Assembly (NCBI GenBank): GCA_035527755.1
Contig: DATKZX010000006.1
Coordinates: 26,057 to 90,056, forward strand
DNA from: Methanomassiliicoccales archaeon
GTDB lineage: Archaea > Thermoplasmatota > Thermoplasmata > Methanomassiliicoccales > UBA472
Length of the DNA stretch: 64,000 bases
Direction of reading: 5' to 3'
A program made the position numbers and the translations under genes. Under the pieces are notes generated by a model, which had not been told where the DNA came from, did no database searches, and saw only the letters and a list, made by a program, of their open reading frames with translations. Positions 27,845 to 37,322 of the stretch are shown one piece after another; the stretch's first letter is position 1, and the number at the start of each line of letters is the position of its first letter.

Positions 27845-28327
27845 ATGAAATGCATTGTCGTTTACGATAGCGTGTACGGTAACACCAAGCAGGTGGCTGA
27901 AGCGATCGCCGATCAGATAAAGGCCGACGGGAACGAGATCGCCTTGGTAAGTTTGAGAGAGAACACCAAGCCCGTTCTGAACGGGGACATCATGTTCCTC
28001 GGTTCTCCCACACGAGTGTTCAAGATGACCCCTGCGGCCAAGAACTTCGTCAAGGGATTGAAGACCCAGGGCTGGAAGGATCAACCGATCGTCATGTTCG
28101 ACACCATGATGGGCGTACCTGAGGACATGGCCGAGAGGAGCATGGACAAGTGGGCCGTCAAGGGAGCAGCTCCCAAGCTTAGGGACCTTGCCAAGAGCGA
28201 GGGGCTCAACGCCCAGAACGCCGTGCTACACATAGGCGTCACCGGACTGAAGGGGCCGTTGACCGTCACGGGCAAGGAAGAGGCGAGACAGTTCGCGCAG
28301 CAGACCATGGCCTCGCTGAAGAAGTGA
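27845..28327 (+). CDS. flavodoxin family protein
   Basis: MKCIVVYDSVYGNTKQVAEAIADQI is an FMN phosphate-binding loop pattern. 160 aa. Confidence 0.85.
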   Translation: MKCIVVYDSVYGNTKQVAEAIADQIKADGNEIALVSLRENTKPVLNGDIMFLGSPTRVFKMTPAAKNFVKGLKTQGWKDQPIVMFDTMMGVPEDMAERSMDKWAVKGAAPKLRDLAKSEGLNAQNAVLHIGVTGLKGPLTVTGKEEARQFAQQTMASLKK

Positions 28328-28620
28328 GGCCGGAAGTCAATGGACCTTTCGATCGGCAATGATATTGGGAATCGGACTACGGTTTGAATTGCCGAAAGAA
28401 CCCTTCGAGAAAAATGGTCGAACGTATCATTTAAATGGATCCTTTGATCGATGTAGAGAACGACCAGGTCTTCGAAACTTTCTCCAGGCCCACAGACCAT
28501 CGTCCATCAAGAGAACGATCGTTCGAGAATCTAGAGAACGCAACGAGTTTAGCAAACAGATCGATCTTAACGATAGGGTAAACGTAAATAGTCGGATGAT
28601 AACTGTAAATCAGTGAGTGA

Positions 28621-28959
28621 ATGCGGAGAACGATCAAGGAAGCGATCGTGGGCATCGCGCTCATCATCTCCTTTGTGGCATTGTTCTGGTTCGTTCGGTT
28701 GGAGATGACCACTTCCAACGAAGGATTTGTAATCGCCGCGTTGATAATGGGGGCCTTATGTCTCATAAGCATATTTGCCCTGGTCACATTCTCCAGATCG
28801 GGATGGGATCTTGAAGGTTCTCCAGGAGAATGGATCGCTGCTGCTTTTATAGATCCGACAATACTGATCTTTTATAAAAATATAGAAAATGAGGATGCTG
28901 TAGCGATGGAGAGGAAGAACCAGAGATTGGATTATGAATACTGGAATAGAAGAAAGTGA
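28621..28959 (+). CDS. hypothetical membrane protein (2 TM)
   Basis: IVGIALIISFVALFWFV and FVIAALIMGALCLISIFALV helices. The stop is followed by the hairpin TGATCT-CTCGAA-AGATCA. Confidence 0.45.
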   Translation: MRRTIKEAIVGIALIISFVALFWFVRLEMTTSNEGFVIAALIMGALCLISIFALVTFSRSGWDLEGSPGEWIAAAFIDPTILIFYKNIENEDAVAMERKNQRLDYEYWNRRK

Positions 28960-29229
28960 TCTCTCGAAAGATCAATGATCGACCTGGTTGCGCATATTGA
29001 AGCTTTTCACAATAATTCGACCTGAATGTATTATTCTTAAAACGGATCTGTTCGAGACATAATTGGTAGTACTTTATATTGCGAGGTTTTGCATCATTTA
29101 AGTTATTGTAAGATATTTACTGTCGAGATACCTAATGAACAAGAAGAAAGATTATTATTTTCTTAGTTTTTTTATAATTGTAATAGATATGGTCCTTATT
29201 CTTACGCGATCATTTCAAAAAAGGAAAAC

Positions 29230-30042
29230 GTGAACCCCGTGTCTGATCTTGTAACGTATTTCTACCTATTTCCCCTGGGAATTGCCATCGCCATGCTCGC
29301 GATCTCAGCAGGCATATCAGGTTCAAATTTCTGGATCCCGATCTATGTCATCTGGCTAGGGATCGATCCGAAAACATCATTCTGGCTCGCGCTCCTTACT
29401 ATGCTCTTCGGATTCGGCTCTGGAATCGTCAGGAACCTGAAGAGCGGGACGGTAAACTGGTCGATCGTCAAACAATACCTGAAGATCACAGTCCCGTTCG
29501 CCATTATAGGGACGTTAGTGGTTCCTTTTGCCCCGGCAGAATTGCTCCTTGTACTCTTCGGAAGTTTTGTTATTCTCTATGGGGCGTTCCAGATCTGTCG
29601 TAATTGGCTGTTTTCCCGGAATAACGAACCTGCGGTCATAGAGACGGGGGAAAAGATCTACTGGATCCGGGCTGCGATAGCCGGGTTCCTCAAAGGTCTG
29701 ATCGCTACGGGGACAGGGAAAATAATCATGCCCTGCATTCTCAAACACTGCAAGATCCGTACAGCCGCGGAAGCCGTGGGTTCAACGGTCGTCATCATTT
29801 TTGTGGTAAACCTGTTCGCCTTGCTCTTTCGCCTGACCCCCGGTTTTATTTCAACCCTTGTTGAACAGAAAGAACTGATCTTCAATATCATGATCTGGGT
29901 CGCTCCTGGGGTATTGATCGGTGGTCAGATCGGCCCGGAAGTGGCAAAAAAATTGTCGAAGAGGGGAATACAGATCTATGTAGGGATCCTGCTGGTATTC
30001 GTTGGTATTTTGATCTTTCTGCGAACTTTTTCCGGAGTTTGA
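29230..30042 (+). CDS. TauE/SafE (TSUP) family anion exporter
   Basis: 270 aa and about 8 TM helices in the two-half TSUP-like arrangement (GISGSNFWIPIY..., GTGKIIMPCIL...). GTG start. Confidence 0.65.
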   Translation: MNPVSDLVTYFYLFPLGIAIAMLAISAGISGSNFWIPIYVIWLGIDPKTSFWLALLTMLFGFGSGIVRNLKSGTVNWSIVKQYLKITVPFAIIGTLVVPFAPAELLLVLFGSFVILYGAFQICRNWLFSRNNEPAVIETGEKIYWIRAAIAGFLKGLIATGTGKIIMPCILKHCKIRTAAEAVGSTVVIIFVVNLFALLFRLTPGFISTLVEQKELIFNIMIWVAPGVLIGGQIGPEVAKKLSKRGIQIYVGILLVFVGILIFLRTFSGV

Positions 30043-30163
30043 TGCTATATCTACGAGACCACACATGTTTTTTGCGAAGCATTGTTTGCTATCGATAGGG
30101 GGAAATTTCGTATCATCCTAGAGACGAACATCCTGCCCCTGATACCGAACATTTGAACGAGGG

Positions 30164-30874
30164 TCACTCATCTGAAAATGATATATTACCATCATTATCG
30201 ATGATGTCACCAAATTCCGATAGGATGGCTGACCTTATCTCGTCAGAGGCGAACCTCATCAAATGCGACAATACCATAGGATAGTTCTCCAGATAGTTCG
30301 GCAGGACGATCCCACCATTGTCACCGTTCAATCTGATACCTATTGGAGATGGTACGCGATATGTTCTGATGAACTTCAACCGTGAAATTCCCCGCCACTC
30401 CAAATAAATGCCTTTCATTGGTCCGTTTCTCCTTACTATGAAACCTTGTATCCCATTTCGATCATAGACATAGAGATGTCTCAGGTTTACCCTGGTATAC
30501 CATGTGCCTAGAGAGATCGGTATGAAGAACCCGAAAATGATGGATGCCGATAAGGACCCGAACATGTTGTCGGGGATATCACTATCAACCAAGGTAAGAG
30601 CGAATATCAGGAAGAAGAGATCGAACATGAGCATCGATCCGACGACCAATGGTAGACCTGATACGTTCGCCCACGACAATGTCTGTTCGTGTGGACCGGC
30701 CATTCGTCCTAAGGCTTCTAAAGCCTCATTCCTACGTTTCAGAAACGATGTCTGGATGCGTCGAAATGAAACGATCAGTACAAAATTCATAACGAACAGA
30801 AAGATCATTAACAGGAATAACGCACCATCAGCATTCATTTTGAACCAGTGGACCGATGACCGCCAATGAAACAT
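30164..30874 (-). CDS. hypothetical membrane protein with a soluble C-terminal domain
   Basis: Three or four TM helices followed by a ~110-aa beta-rich C-terminus. No family recognised. AT-rich gene. Confidence 0.45.
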   Translation of the reverse strand: MFHWRSSVHWFKMNADGALFLLMIFLFVMNFVLIVSFRRIQTSFLKRRNEALEALGRMAGPHEQTLSWANVSGLPLVVGSMLMFDLFFLIFALTLVDSDIPDNMFGSLSASIIFGFFIPISLGTWYTRVNLRHLYVYDRNGIQGFIVRRNGPMKGIYLEWRGISRLKFIRTYRVPSPIGIRLNGDNGGIVLPNYLENYPMVLSHLMRFASDEIRSAILSEFGDIIDNDGNISFSDE

Positions 30875-31296
30875 TTTAAATTATTGATAGGATGCCAAAC
30901 GATCTGAGCGCACCGATCACTATAGCATTCTTTTCTGACGATCGTACCCCAACTCTATATCTCGCGTTCAAACCGATCGTTGGATGGGGCAACGTTTGTA
31001 AAGTCCTCGGACGAATTTGATCCGAGGTCCCTTTTACCCCTGGGTAATGTAATCATGGTTTTATTCAGGACAGTTGTGTTTTGGCCATCGTTTTCTAGAT
31101 GCTCAGTACGGTGCTTGTCTCTGGTGTTTTAACCCAAACGACGGTAGGAAAATGGAATAGTGACGAGAAATTACTTCGATGTTCTATCCCCAATATTCAA
31201 TGGCAGATTAGAGTTCGAACGCCGGGCAAATGGCTAGACGCAGGGGTCGGTGGGAGCCATCGACCCGATGACCGCCTAGAGTTTTCAAATATCCCT

Positions 31297-31704
31297 TCAT
31301 TCGGTGGGTTTTCCGTCGTACTCCTCGGGCTCTCTGAGCGCATCGGCCTTGGTATGGCGGACTACCTTGTCAATATGCTCGGGTGGCGAATAGATGGTAT
31401 ACAGCTTGAGGTCCTTTGTAGATGAGGTATTGATCACGTTATGCCTTGCCCCCGAAGGTACTATGACCCCGCTGCCGTCATTGACTCGGTGCTCCACGCC
31501 ATCAATGACGACCGTACCCTCCCCTTCCTCGAATCTAAAGAATTGATCAATGGTATCATGGACCTCTTCACCAATATCCTCGCCGGGCTTAAGGTTCATC
31601 AGAACAAGCTGGCTGAACTTTCCTGTGTAAAGCACATGGCGGAAATCGGAGTTCTTCCTTGTTTCTTGCTCCAGATTTGTCGAAAATCCCTTCTTGGTCT
31701 TCAT
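31297..31704 (-). CDS. cupin domain protein
   Basis: Cupin motifs GEDIGEEVHDTIDQFFRFEEGEG and VIVPSGARHNVIN. 135 aa. Confidence 0.75.
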   Translation of the reverse strand: MKTKKGFSTNLEQETRKNSDFRHVLYTGKFSQLVLMNLKPGEDIGEEVHDTIDQFFRFEEGEGTVVIDGVEHRVNDGSGVIVPSGARHNVINTSSTKDLKLYTIYSPPEHIDKVVRHTKADALREPEEYDGKPTE

Positions 31705-32051
31705 GTTTTCACCTTTTTAAAACTAGTTTGATTATAATATCGTTTAGATGGTATCGATATTTATTCTTATACAAAGAAAGTTAATGTGAAGTCAGAGCGA
31801 TTCTATTTATCTAAATAGATTACATAAAACAACTAAGTTTTTCCACAGCCAGTGTAGACAAATATTGGTGTGAGGGTAGTAAATAATTAATTAAAATGAC
31901 CCTTTTAATCCAATGATGCTTCCGTTTGACCTGCCTTCGAATTTCCAGACCATGAATAAAAGTAAGGAATATGATTTCTGTGATCGGGCATAAAAAATGA
32001 TCATCCGATAAAATTATCCTCGCTTGGGAAATCTCATCGGATGGGTATATT

Positions 32052-32201
32052 TTACTTCTTGCCCTTCGATGGTCTATTCAGGTTAGAATTTTTGACCGGG
32101 GCTACAACGGCGGACGAGGGTTTTGAACCCCTGTGGTCTGACCGATTGTTGTTCACGGGGGGGTCATCCGCTCCCTTTTTTTTCTTTTTCATATCGCTCA
32201 T
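32052..32201 (-). CDS. possible small highly basic protein (49 aa)
   Basis: Own translation: MSDMKKKKKGSGDPPVNNNRSDHRGSKPSSAVVAPVKNSNLNRPSKGKK. Low complexity, no family. It could be non-coding. Confidence 0.2.
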   Translation of the reverse strand: MSDMKKKKKGADDPPVNNNRSDHRGSKPSSAVVAPVKNSNLNRPSKGKK

Positions 32202-32707
32202 AGTTACCTGTGAATAATAGGGATGTTTAGATGTTAAAGTTAATGAGACCGATCTAAAAAGCGTATATTGATCGTCTGACTCGAAATGATTCGATCGTTT
32301 GCCTTGACGACCTTGATCATTTTATACACCCAGAACGGGAGCATTTCCATCGCCGTTACTAGGCCAAGGAACGCCAGTATACCCCATATTATCCATCCGT
32401 TATCATACGTGATCTACAGAATGCCGAATATGGAGGTAGAGTCGAGCCGGCAGATGGCACGCCCCCGAACGGACCCAAGTACTTCCCCCCTTTCATTTTG
32501 ATGTTTGATATGGTGTTCTTGATCGGTCCGTATGTAGGCCAGGGAAATCCAATCTCATAAATGTAATAAATGATCGTATGGAGGTACCCCTATTGGGGAT
32601 GCGGACGCGTATCGTTTAATCCATTGTCGTCCCTCTCCTGAGCGTCCGAATATCCTTATCCTACATGGGATATTGTTGTTTGATCTAGCGACGAAGGAGA
32701 CCTGTAA

Positions 32708-33679
32708 ATGAGGATTGCTATTGCAGGCGCGGGTATGTCCGGGGCCTATCTGTTCAGACGTCTCATCAACGACGGTTTCAAAGGCATCGATCTTTTTGAT
32801 GTTAAAAAAAATAACCCGTGCGGGTGCAGACCGTGTGCCTGGGGCTTTGCGCCAAGAGCGGAATCCTTTAATTTGATCGCGAAGGTGACCGATCCCGACC
32901 GTTTCGAACTTCAAGGATCTGAGATGATATCGTTCGATGGGATCGACATCCGTTCTAACATGTTGACAATGAACAAACCTGCCCTGATCAAAGAAATGAT
33001 AGGCGACACTGAAATTAAGCAAGGCCTGATCGACTTGACCAAGTATGATAGGGTCATTGACGCCACTGGAGTGAGCAGAGCTTATCTTCCCCCTATCAAG
33101 GACGATCATATCGCTGAATGTACCCAGTACAGGGTAAGGAGCGAAGAACCGCTTGGGTTTTGGTTCAGAACTTCATCTGTAGGTTATGAATGGTGCTTTC
33201 CGCTCGGCGAAGATGAGTTTCATATTGGGATCGGAAGCCTCAAGTCCGATGTCAGATCATTTCGACCGTTGAAGAACAAGGATGGTCGGGACCTATCTGT
33301 ACAAGTACTGTGCAAATGTCATAGCAGCGTAAGATTGACAGCACCTTTCTTTTCGCAGCCGTTCGTGCAAGACCAGAAGATAGTTGGCATAGGAGAGAGC
33401 ATTGGAGCGGTCTCCCCGCTAGCTTCGGATGGAAATCTATATGCCATGCAGTGTGGGGAGATGCTCCTTGATAATTGGGACGATCTCGATCGCTATTCGG
33501 AAAAGGTGCTTAAAAGGTATGACTGGATGAGAAAAGAGCGAAATGGTTTGGATAAGCTGATGGAGGGGCGGACACCATCGCTCCTCGAGTCAATGAGCAT
33601 GAGGAAGCACCTCAAAACGGTGGGCGTCGAAATAAGGGCCCGCCACATTCTCAGATTATTACGAAATATGTCGAAGTGA
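32708..33679 (+). CDS. FAD/NAD(P)-binding oxidoreductase, short geranylgeranyl-reductase-like
   Basis: Dinucleotide fold MRIAIAGAGMSGAYLFRRL, a Cys-rich NPCGCRPCAWG right after it, and YEWCFPLG. 323 aa. Confidence 0.6.
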   Translation: MRIAIAGAGMSGAYLFRRLINDGFKGIDLFDVKKNNPCGCRPCAWGFAPRAESFNLIAKVTDPDRFELQGSEMISFDGIDIRSNMLTMNKPALIKEMIGDTEIKQGLIDLTKYDRVIDATGVSRAYLPPIKDDHIAECTQYRVRSEEPLGFWFRTSSVGYEWCFPLGEDEFHIGIGSLKSDVRSFRPLKNKDGRDLSVQVLCKCHSSVRLTAPFFSQPFVQDQKIVGIGESIGAVSPLASDGNLYAMQCGEMLLDNWDDLDRYSEKVLKRYDWMRKERNGLDKLMEGRTPSLLESMSMRKHLKTVGVEIRARHILRLLRNMSK

Positions 33680-33886
33680 TTACAGATATCTCTTAAAAAA
33701 ACCAAGTATTGATCGAATAACATGGATGATGCTTGAAATTTTATTAGCATATCCCTCAGTATGACCAGTACATATATTAAATAAAATACATAATTAATAT
33801 TCTGTTTCGATTTCTTTCCATTCCATTCAATGAACGAGCTGATGAAAAAGGATAAGTAAATAACCCCGTTCTTACTTTTTACACCT

Positions 33887-34561
33887 ATGGTACTTGAATC
33901 ACAATTCGGAGCCCAGGCCTTGATGGTATTGGGCGGAGTACTGATTCTTGTACTGTTGCTGTTCTTGTTGGTCGCGTTTATTGTGGTAAGTATTGTCTTC
34001 CTATCAATTAAACATGGGAAATTCTATTTTCCCAAGCTGATAAGGACCGGCTTTACTTTCATGGAGGACGTCATTAAACACATCTGCGCGCTCTATGGAT
34101 TGAAGGAAGCCGATCTCACGATATTTTTCATCCAATTACATAACAGAATGAGCGAAGGTAATTTCGCTAAGGTCGAAACGAAGGACCGCGCCATCTTCCT
34201 CCCCCATTGCCTTAGATCGTTGAAATGCCCCGCTAACCTGACCGAAGAAGGACTGAACTGCAAGCATTGCGGGAAATGCGACCTTGATCATTCCATAAAT
34301 GAGCTTGAGGAGATGGGCTACAAAGTTTTCATCGTTCCTGGCTCCACATTCATCGGACGCATGGTCAAGAAATATATGCCCCGCGCCATTATTGGAGTGG
34401 GCTGCCTGAGAGAGATAAAGGATGGGCTTGAGTTCGCAGATAGGCTCGGGGTCGAAGTCATGGGCGTGATCAATAAGACCGATGGCTGCATTGAGACGCT
34501 GGCTGATTGGCCTGAACTGATGAAGATCGCTTCATTGAAGGCACCGAAGATCGGATCATAG
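33887..34561 (+). CDS. DUF116 family protein (membrane-anchored, Cys-rich)
   Basis: N-terminal TM, FLPHCLRSLKCPANLTEEGLNCKHCGKC, then FIVPGSTFIGRMV...AIIGVGCLREI, the COG1852/DUF116 pattern as I recall it. Confidence 0.55.
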   Translation: MVLESQFGAQALMVLGGVLILVLLLFLLVAFIVVSIVFLSIKHGKFYFPKLIRTGFTFMEDVIKHICALYGLKEADLTIFFIQLHNRMSEGNFAKVETKDRAIFLPHCLRSLKCPANLTEEGLNCKHCGKCDLDHSINELEEMGYKVFIVPGSTFIGRMVKKYMPRAIIGVGCLREIKDGLEFADRLGVEVMGVINKTDGCIETLADWPELMKIASLKAPKIGS

Positions 34562-34733
34562 AATTCTCTGTCATCAGAGAGTGTTACCTTTGAGGACCAG
34601 AGCCACATTGGACCTATTATGACCCTGTGATCATGATTAGGCCGAAGTAGTTACAAATAACATAATCGAATAAACTGATCAACTCTGCGATATTCCAGTG
34701 ACAAACGGGATGATAGTATAAACTTAAAAAAAT

Positions 34734-34760
34734 TGATGCGGGGGAAGGCCCTCGAATACT
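34734..34760 (-). repeat. partial copy of the 3' end (acceptor/T-arm) of tRNA-Leu
   Basis: TGATGCGGGGGAAGGCCCTCGAATACT at 34734 aligns with TGATGGTGCGGGGGAAGGGATTCGAACCCTCGAACCACT at 37091. They share GCGGGGGAAGG (11 nt) and CCCTCGAA (8 nt), in the same orientation. Confidence 0.4.
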
Positions 34761-35241
34761 GAGGTAGCCAGTAATCCTTTAACAATGGTCAATAAGAGGG
34801 TATTTGCATAAATCTTTTATTTTTATTTATGAACAAATATTCTTTTTAGGCTTTGATATATTACTTATTTTACATTAATTTAAAGGTGCAAATGGAGACA
34901 ATACCTCTCTTTTCAGAAGGGCGGATGTGGGCCCGTGCGTTATTGCTAAGCCAGTAAGTATTTTATGAATTTCAATCGAAGATGGAAAATAATGGAAGTG
35001 AAGGTTCGAAGAGAATAGCACGAAATTGTTTACTAGCGGGTTCCGGATCATCTTCTGAACAATGATCGAAATTTCCCTAAGATGTTTGGACGCATGGGGG
35101 GGCGATCTCGACTGAGCCCGCTTCTAATTCCATCGATCGAACTTCCAGTTTGAAGAACAGAGGAGATCTTTTTCGATCCAGGAACTCTCCGATGTTACCG
35201 AAGAATGTATCTGGACCATAAAAAAAATAAAAAGGTTTCGA

Positions 35242-36807
35242 TCAGGGCTGTCCTCCTTTCGGCCCCCTCGTCCTCAGGAAGATCAAGGCGATCGCTGCAA
35301 CGGCCAGGATGATGCCCGTCAAGCAAAGCAGCAGGTAGGTCGTTCCGTCGCTCTCCCGAGCGTCCTGCGCCTCATCCAGGCTCGCCTGCATTGCTGTCAA
35401 ATTCGTCTTCGCTGTTTCCAGGTCGGCTATCGTCTGGTTCAACAAGGTTGAGAGCGCGCTCTTGTCCGCGTTCGACAGCACCAGATCGGACCTCATGATC
35501 GAAGCGTTCGAGTCGGTCGAGTACAGCGAGTCCCTCAGTGAGATGAGCGCCTCCTGCGCCGCCGTCACCTGGTCGATCGCCAATGTCAGGTTCTCGATCG
35601 TGCCGTTCAGCTTGGCATTTACTTCATCGAGGCGCTCGTTGATGGCGTTCAGCTCGTCATTGAGATCGGAGATGTTCTGATCCTGCTCCGAGTTCTCATC
35701 GACATACGTGACGGTGATGCTCGAAGACGCGATGCCTTGCTCAATATCGGATGCCGTTGCCGTTATCGTGTTCGATCCCTCGAGGAGAGGGATGACCACT
35801 GAGAAGTGCCCGTCCGAACCGAGGGACACAACGAATCCATTGATGACCAGGCTTGTTCCCGGGTTTGTGGTGCCGGTCACCTGGATGGTCGGTGAATAGA
35901 CCGTAATGCCCGAAAGCGGGGTCTCTATGGTCACGATCAATGGAGCATAATTTTTTCCGTAGATGTTAGAGGCAGAGCCGTCTTGCTGGTACCATACCGC
36001 CACGGCGTTGTCATCATCGTTCAAGGAGACCTGAGGGCAATAGGCATACCCAGTGCTGTTCCCTAGGAGCGTTACCGTCCCCCAGGCACCGGCGGAGTAC
36101 CGGTTGGCGTAGACGCTAGAGGCAGAGCCGTCATACTGGTACCATACCGCCACGGCGTTCCCTTTATCGTTCAAGGAGACCTGAGGGAGATAGGCATTCC
36201 CAGTGCCGTTCTCCAGGAGCGTTGCCGTCCCCCAGGCACCGGCGGAGTACCAGTTAGCGTAGACACTAGTGTAAGAGCCATCGACCTGTTGCCATACCGC
36301 CAGGGCGTTCCCATCATCGTCCAAGGAGACCTGAGGGTATGAGGCATACCCAGTGCTGTTCTCTAGGAGCGTTGCCGTCCCCCAGGCACCGGCGGAGTAC
36401 CGGTTAGCGTAGACCCTAAGGTAAGAGCCATCGTGCTGTTGCCATACCGCCACGGCGTTCCCATCATCGTCCATGGCGACCTGAGGGTATATGGCATCCC
36501 GAATGTCGTCCTCCAAGAGCGTTGCCGTTCCCCAGGCACCGGCGGAGTACCGGTTGGCGTAGACGCTATAGAAAGAGCCGTCATACTGGTACCATACCAC
36601 CACGGCGTTGCCATCGTCGTCCATGGCGACCTGAGGGTAATAGGCATTCCCCGCGCCAGTCTCCAGGAGCGTTGCCGGGTCCGGCCATCCCGTCCTCGAT
36701 AAGGCCTGTACGTTCGAAGGTACGCCGATGATCGTCAATACAAGGGAGGCCAGTACGATGAATGTAAGCATTCTTTTTGATTCCATATTGATATTTTTAA
36801 TGATCAT
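35242..36807 (-). CDS. secreted/anchored surface protein: signal peptide, five 50-aa repeats, Ig-like segment, coiled coil, C-terminal TM anchor
   Basis: Repeats of YANRYSAGAWGTATLLE......YPQV(A/S)(M/L)DDDGNA(V/L)AVWQQ.DGS. A coiled-coil-like region (NDELNAINERLDEVNAKLNGTIENLTLAIDQ...). C-terminal YLLLCLTGIILAVAAIALIFLRTRGPKGG. Confidence 0.75.
   Translation of the reverse strand: MIIKNINMESKRMLTFIVLASLVLTIIGVPSNVQALSRTGWPDPATLLETGAGNAYYPQVAMDDDGNAVVVWYQYDGSFYSVYANRYSAGAWGTATLLEDDIRDAIYPQVAMDDDGNAVAVWQQHDGSYLRVYANRYSAGAWGTATLLENSTGYASYPQVSLDDDGNALAVWQQVDGSYTSVYANWYSAGAWGTATLLENGTGNAYLPQVSLNDKGNAVAVWYQYDGSASSVYANRYSAGAWGTVTLLGNSTGYAYCPQVSLNDDDNAVAVWYQQDGSASNIYGKNYAPLIVTIETPLSGITVYSPTIQVTGTTNPGTSLVINGFVVSLGSDGHFSVVIPLLEGSNTITATASDIEQGIASSSITVTYVDENSEQDQNISDLNDELNAINERLDEVNAKLNGTIENLTLAIDQVTAAQEALISLRDSLYSTDSNASIMRSDLVLSNADKSALSTLLNQTIADLETAKTNLTAMQASLDEAQDARESDGTTYLLLCLTGIILAVAAIALIFLRTRGPKGGQP
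35950..36700 (-). repeat. 150-bp tandem repeat array (about 5 units) inside the surface protein gene
   Basis: The block GTTGCCGTCCCCCAGGCACCGGCGGAGTACC recurs at ~36081, 36231, 36381 and 36531 (exact 150-bp period), with a degenerate copy near 36661-36680. Long stretches between units are near-identical at the DNA level. Confidence 0.85.
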
Positions 36808-37093
36808 GAATATTCAGTGTGTTGTAGATTTGTGATATATAAATAATGCAATATTTTGAAAATGCCACTTTCTGAGATGTTTTCAATACCGGTGACAACA
36901 TTAATTCTATTCCAGGGGTCATGCGAGTTCTGCAACGACGGAGAAATCTTATTGTCGTAGAAAACAGCAGCAGGCATCGGTCAGCGCCCGAAAACTGTGG
37001 AATGAAAAACCCTCAGAACGGGATGCTGGCCCGATTCCAGATGTCAAAAATCCTCTGATTGACAATAATTAATGGATGCCTGGCTACGCGTGA

Positions 37094-37180
37094 TGGTGCG
37101 GGGGAAGGGATTCGAACCCTCGAACCACTAAGGACAGAATCTTAAGTCCTGCGCCGTTGGCCAAGCTTGGCTACCCCCGC
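37094..37180 (-). tRNA. tRNA-Leu (anticodon UAA), long variable arm, genomically encoded CCA
   Basis: The reverse complement reads GCGGGGGTAGCCAAGCTTGGCCAACGGCGCAGGACTTAAGATTCTGTCCTTAGTGGTTCGAGGGTTCGAATCCCTTCCCCCGCACCA. It has a 7-bp acceptor stem, anticodon loop CTTAAGA, a class II variable arm and the T-loop GGTTCGAATCC. Confidence 0.9.
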
Positions 37181-37322
37181 GTATCTCGCCCATAGATGAA
37201 CCAACATAATAATTTTATTCGTGCATAGAGGAGAGATCTAGCATCTAGAAAATCTATTATCATGCCCGATCGACACGGTCCAGATGTCATTAGGTCATTT
37301 TATTAAGGACGATCTAACCGGA

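Noticed and set aside
28359-28787. Track ORFs 28359..28616 (+) and 28431..28787 (-) in the flavodoxin-downstream spacer.
   Set aside because: The two are mutually overlapping and low-complexity, with no RBS or motif. The minus ORF overlaps the better-supported 28621..28959 membrane protein gene.
31099-31425. 108-aa + strand ORF.
   Set aside because: Its 3' part is antisense to the well-supported cupin gene. The remainder has no start context or motif.
32555-33109. 184-aa minus-strand ORF overlapping the start of the FAD oxidoreductase gene.
   Set aside because: The + strand frame carries a canonical GxGxxG dinucleotide fold at its N-terminus. The minus-strand product has no motifs.
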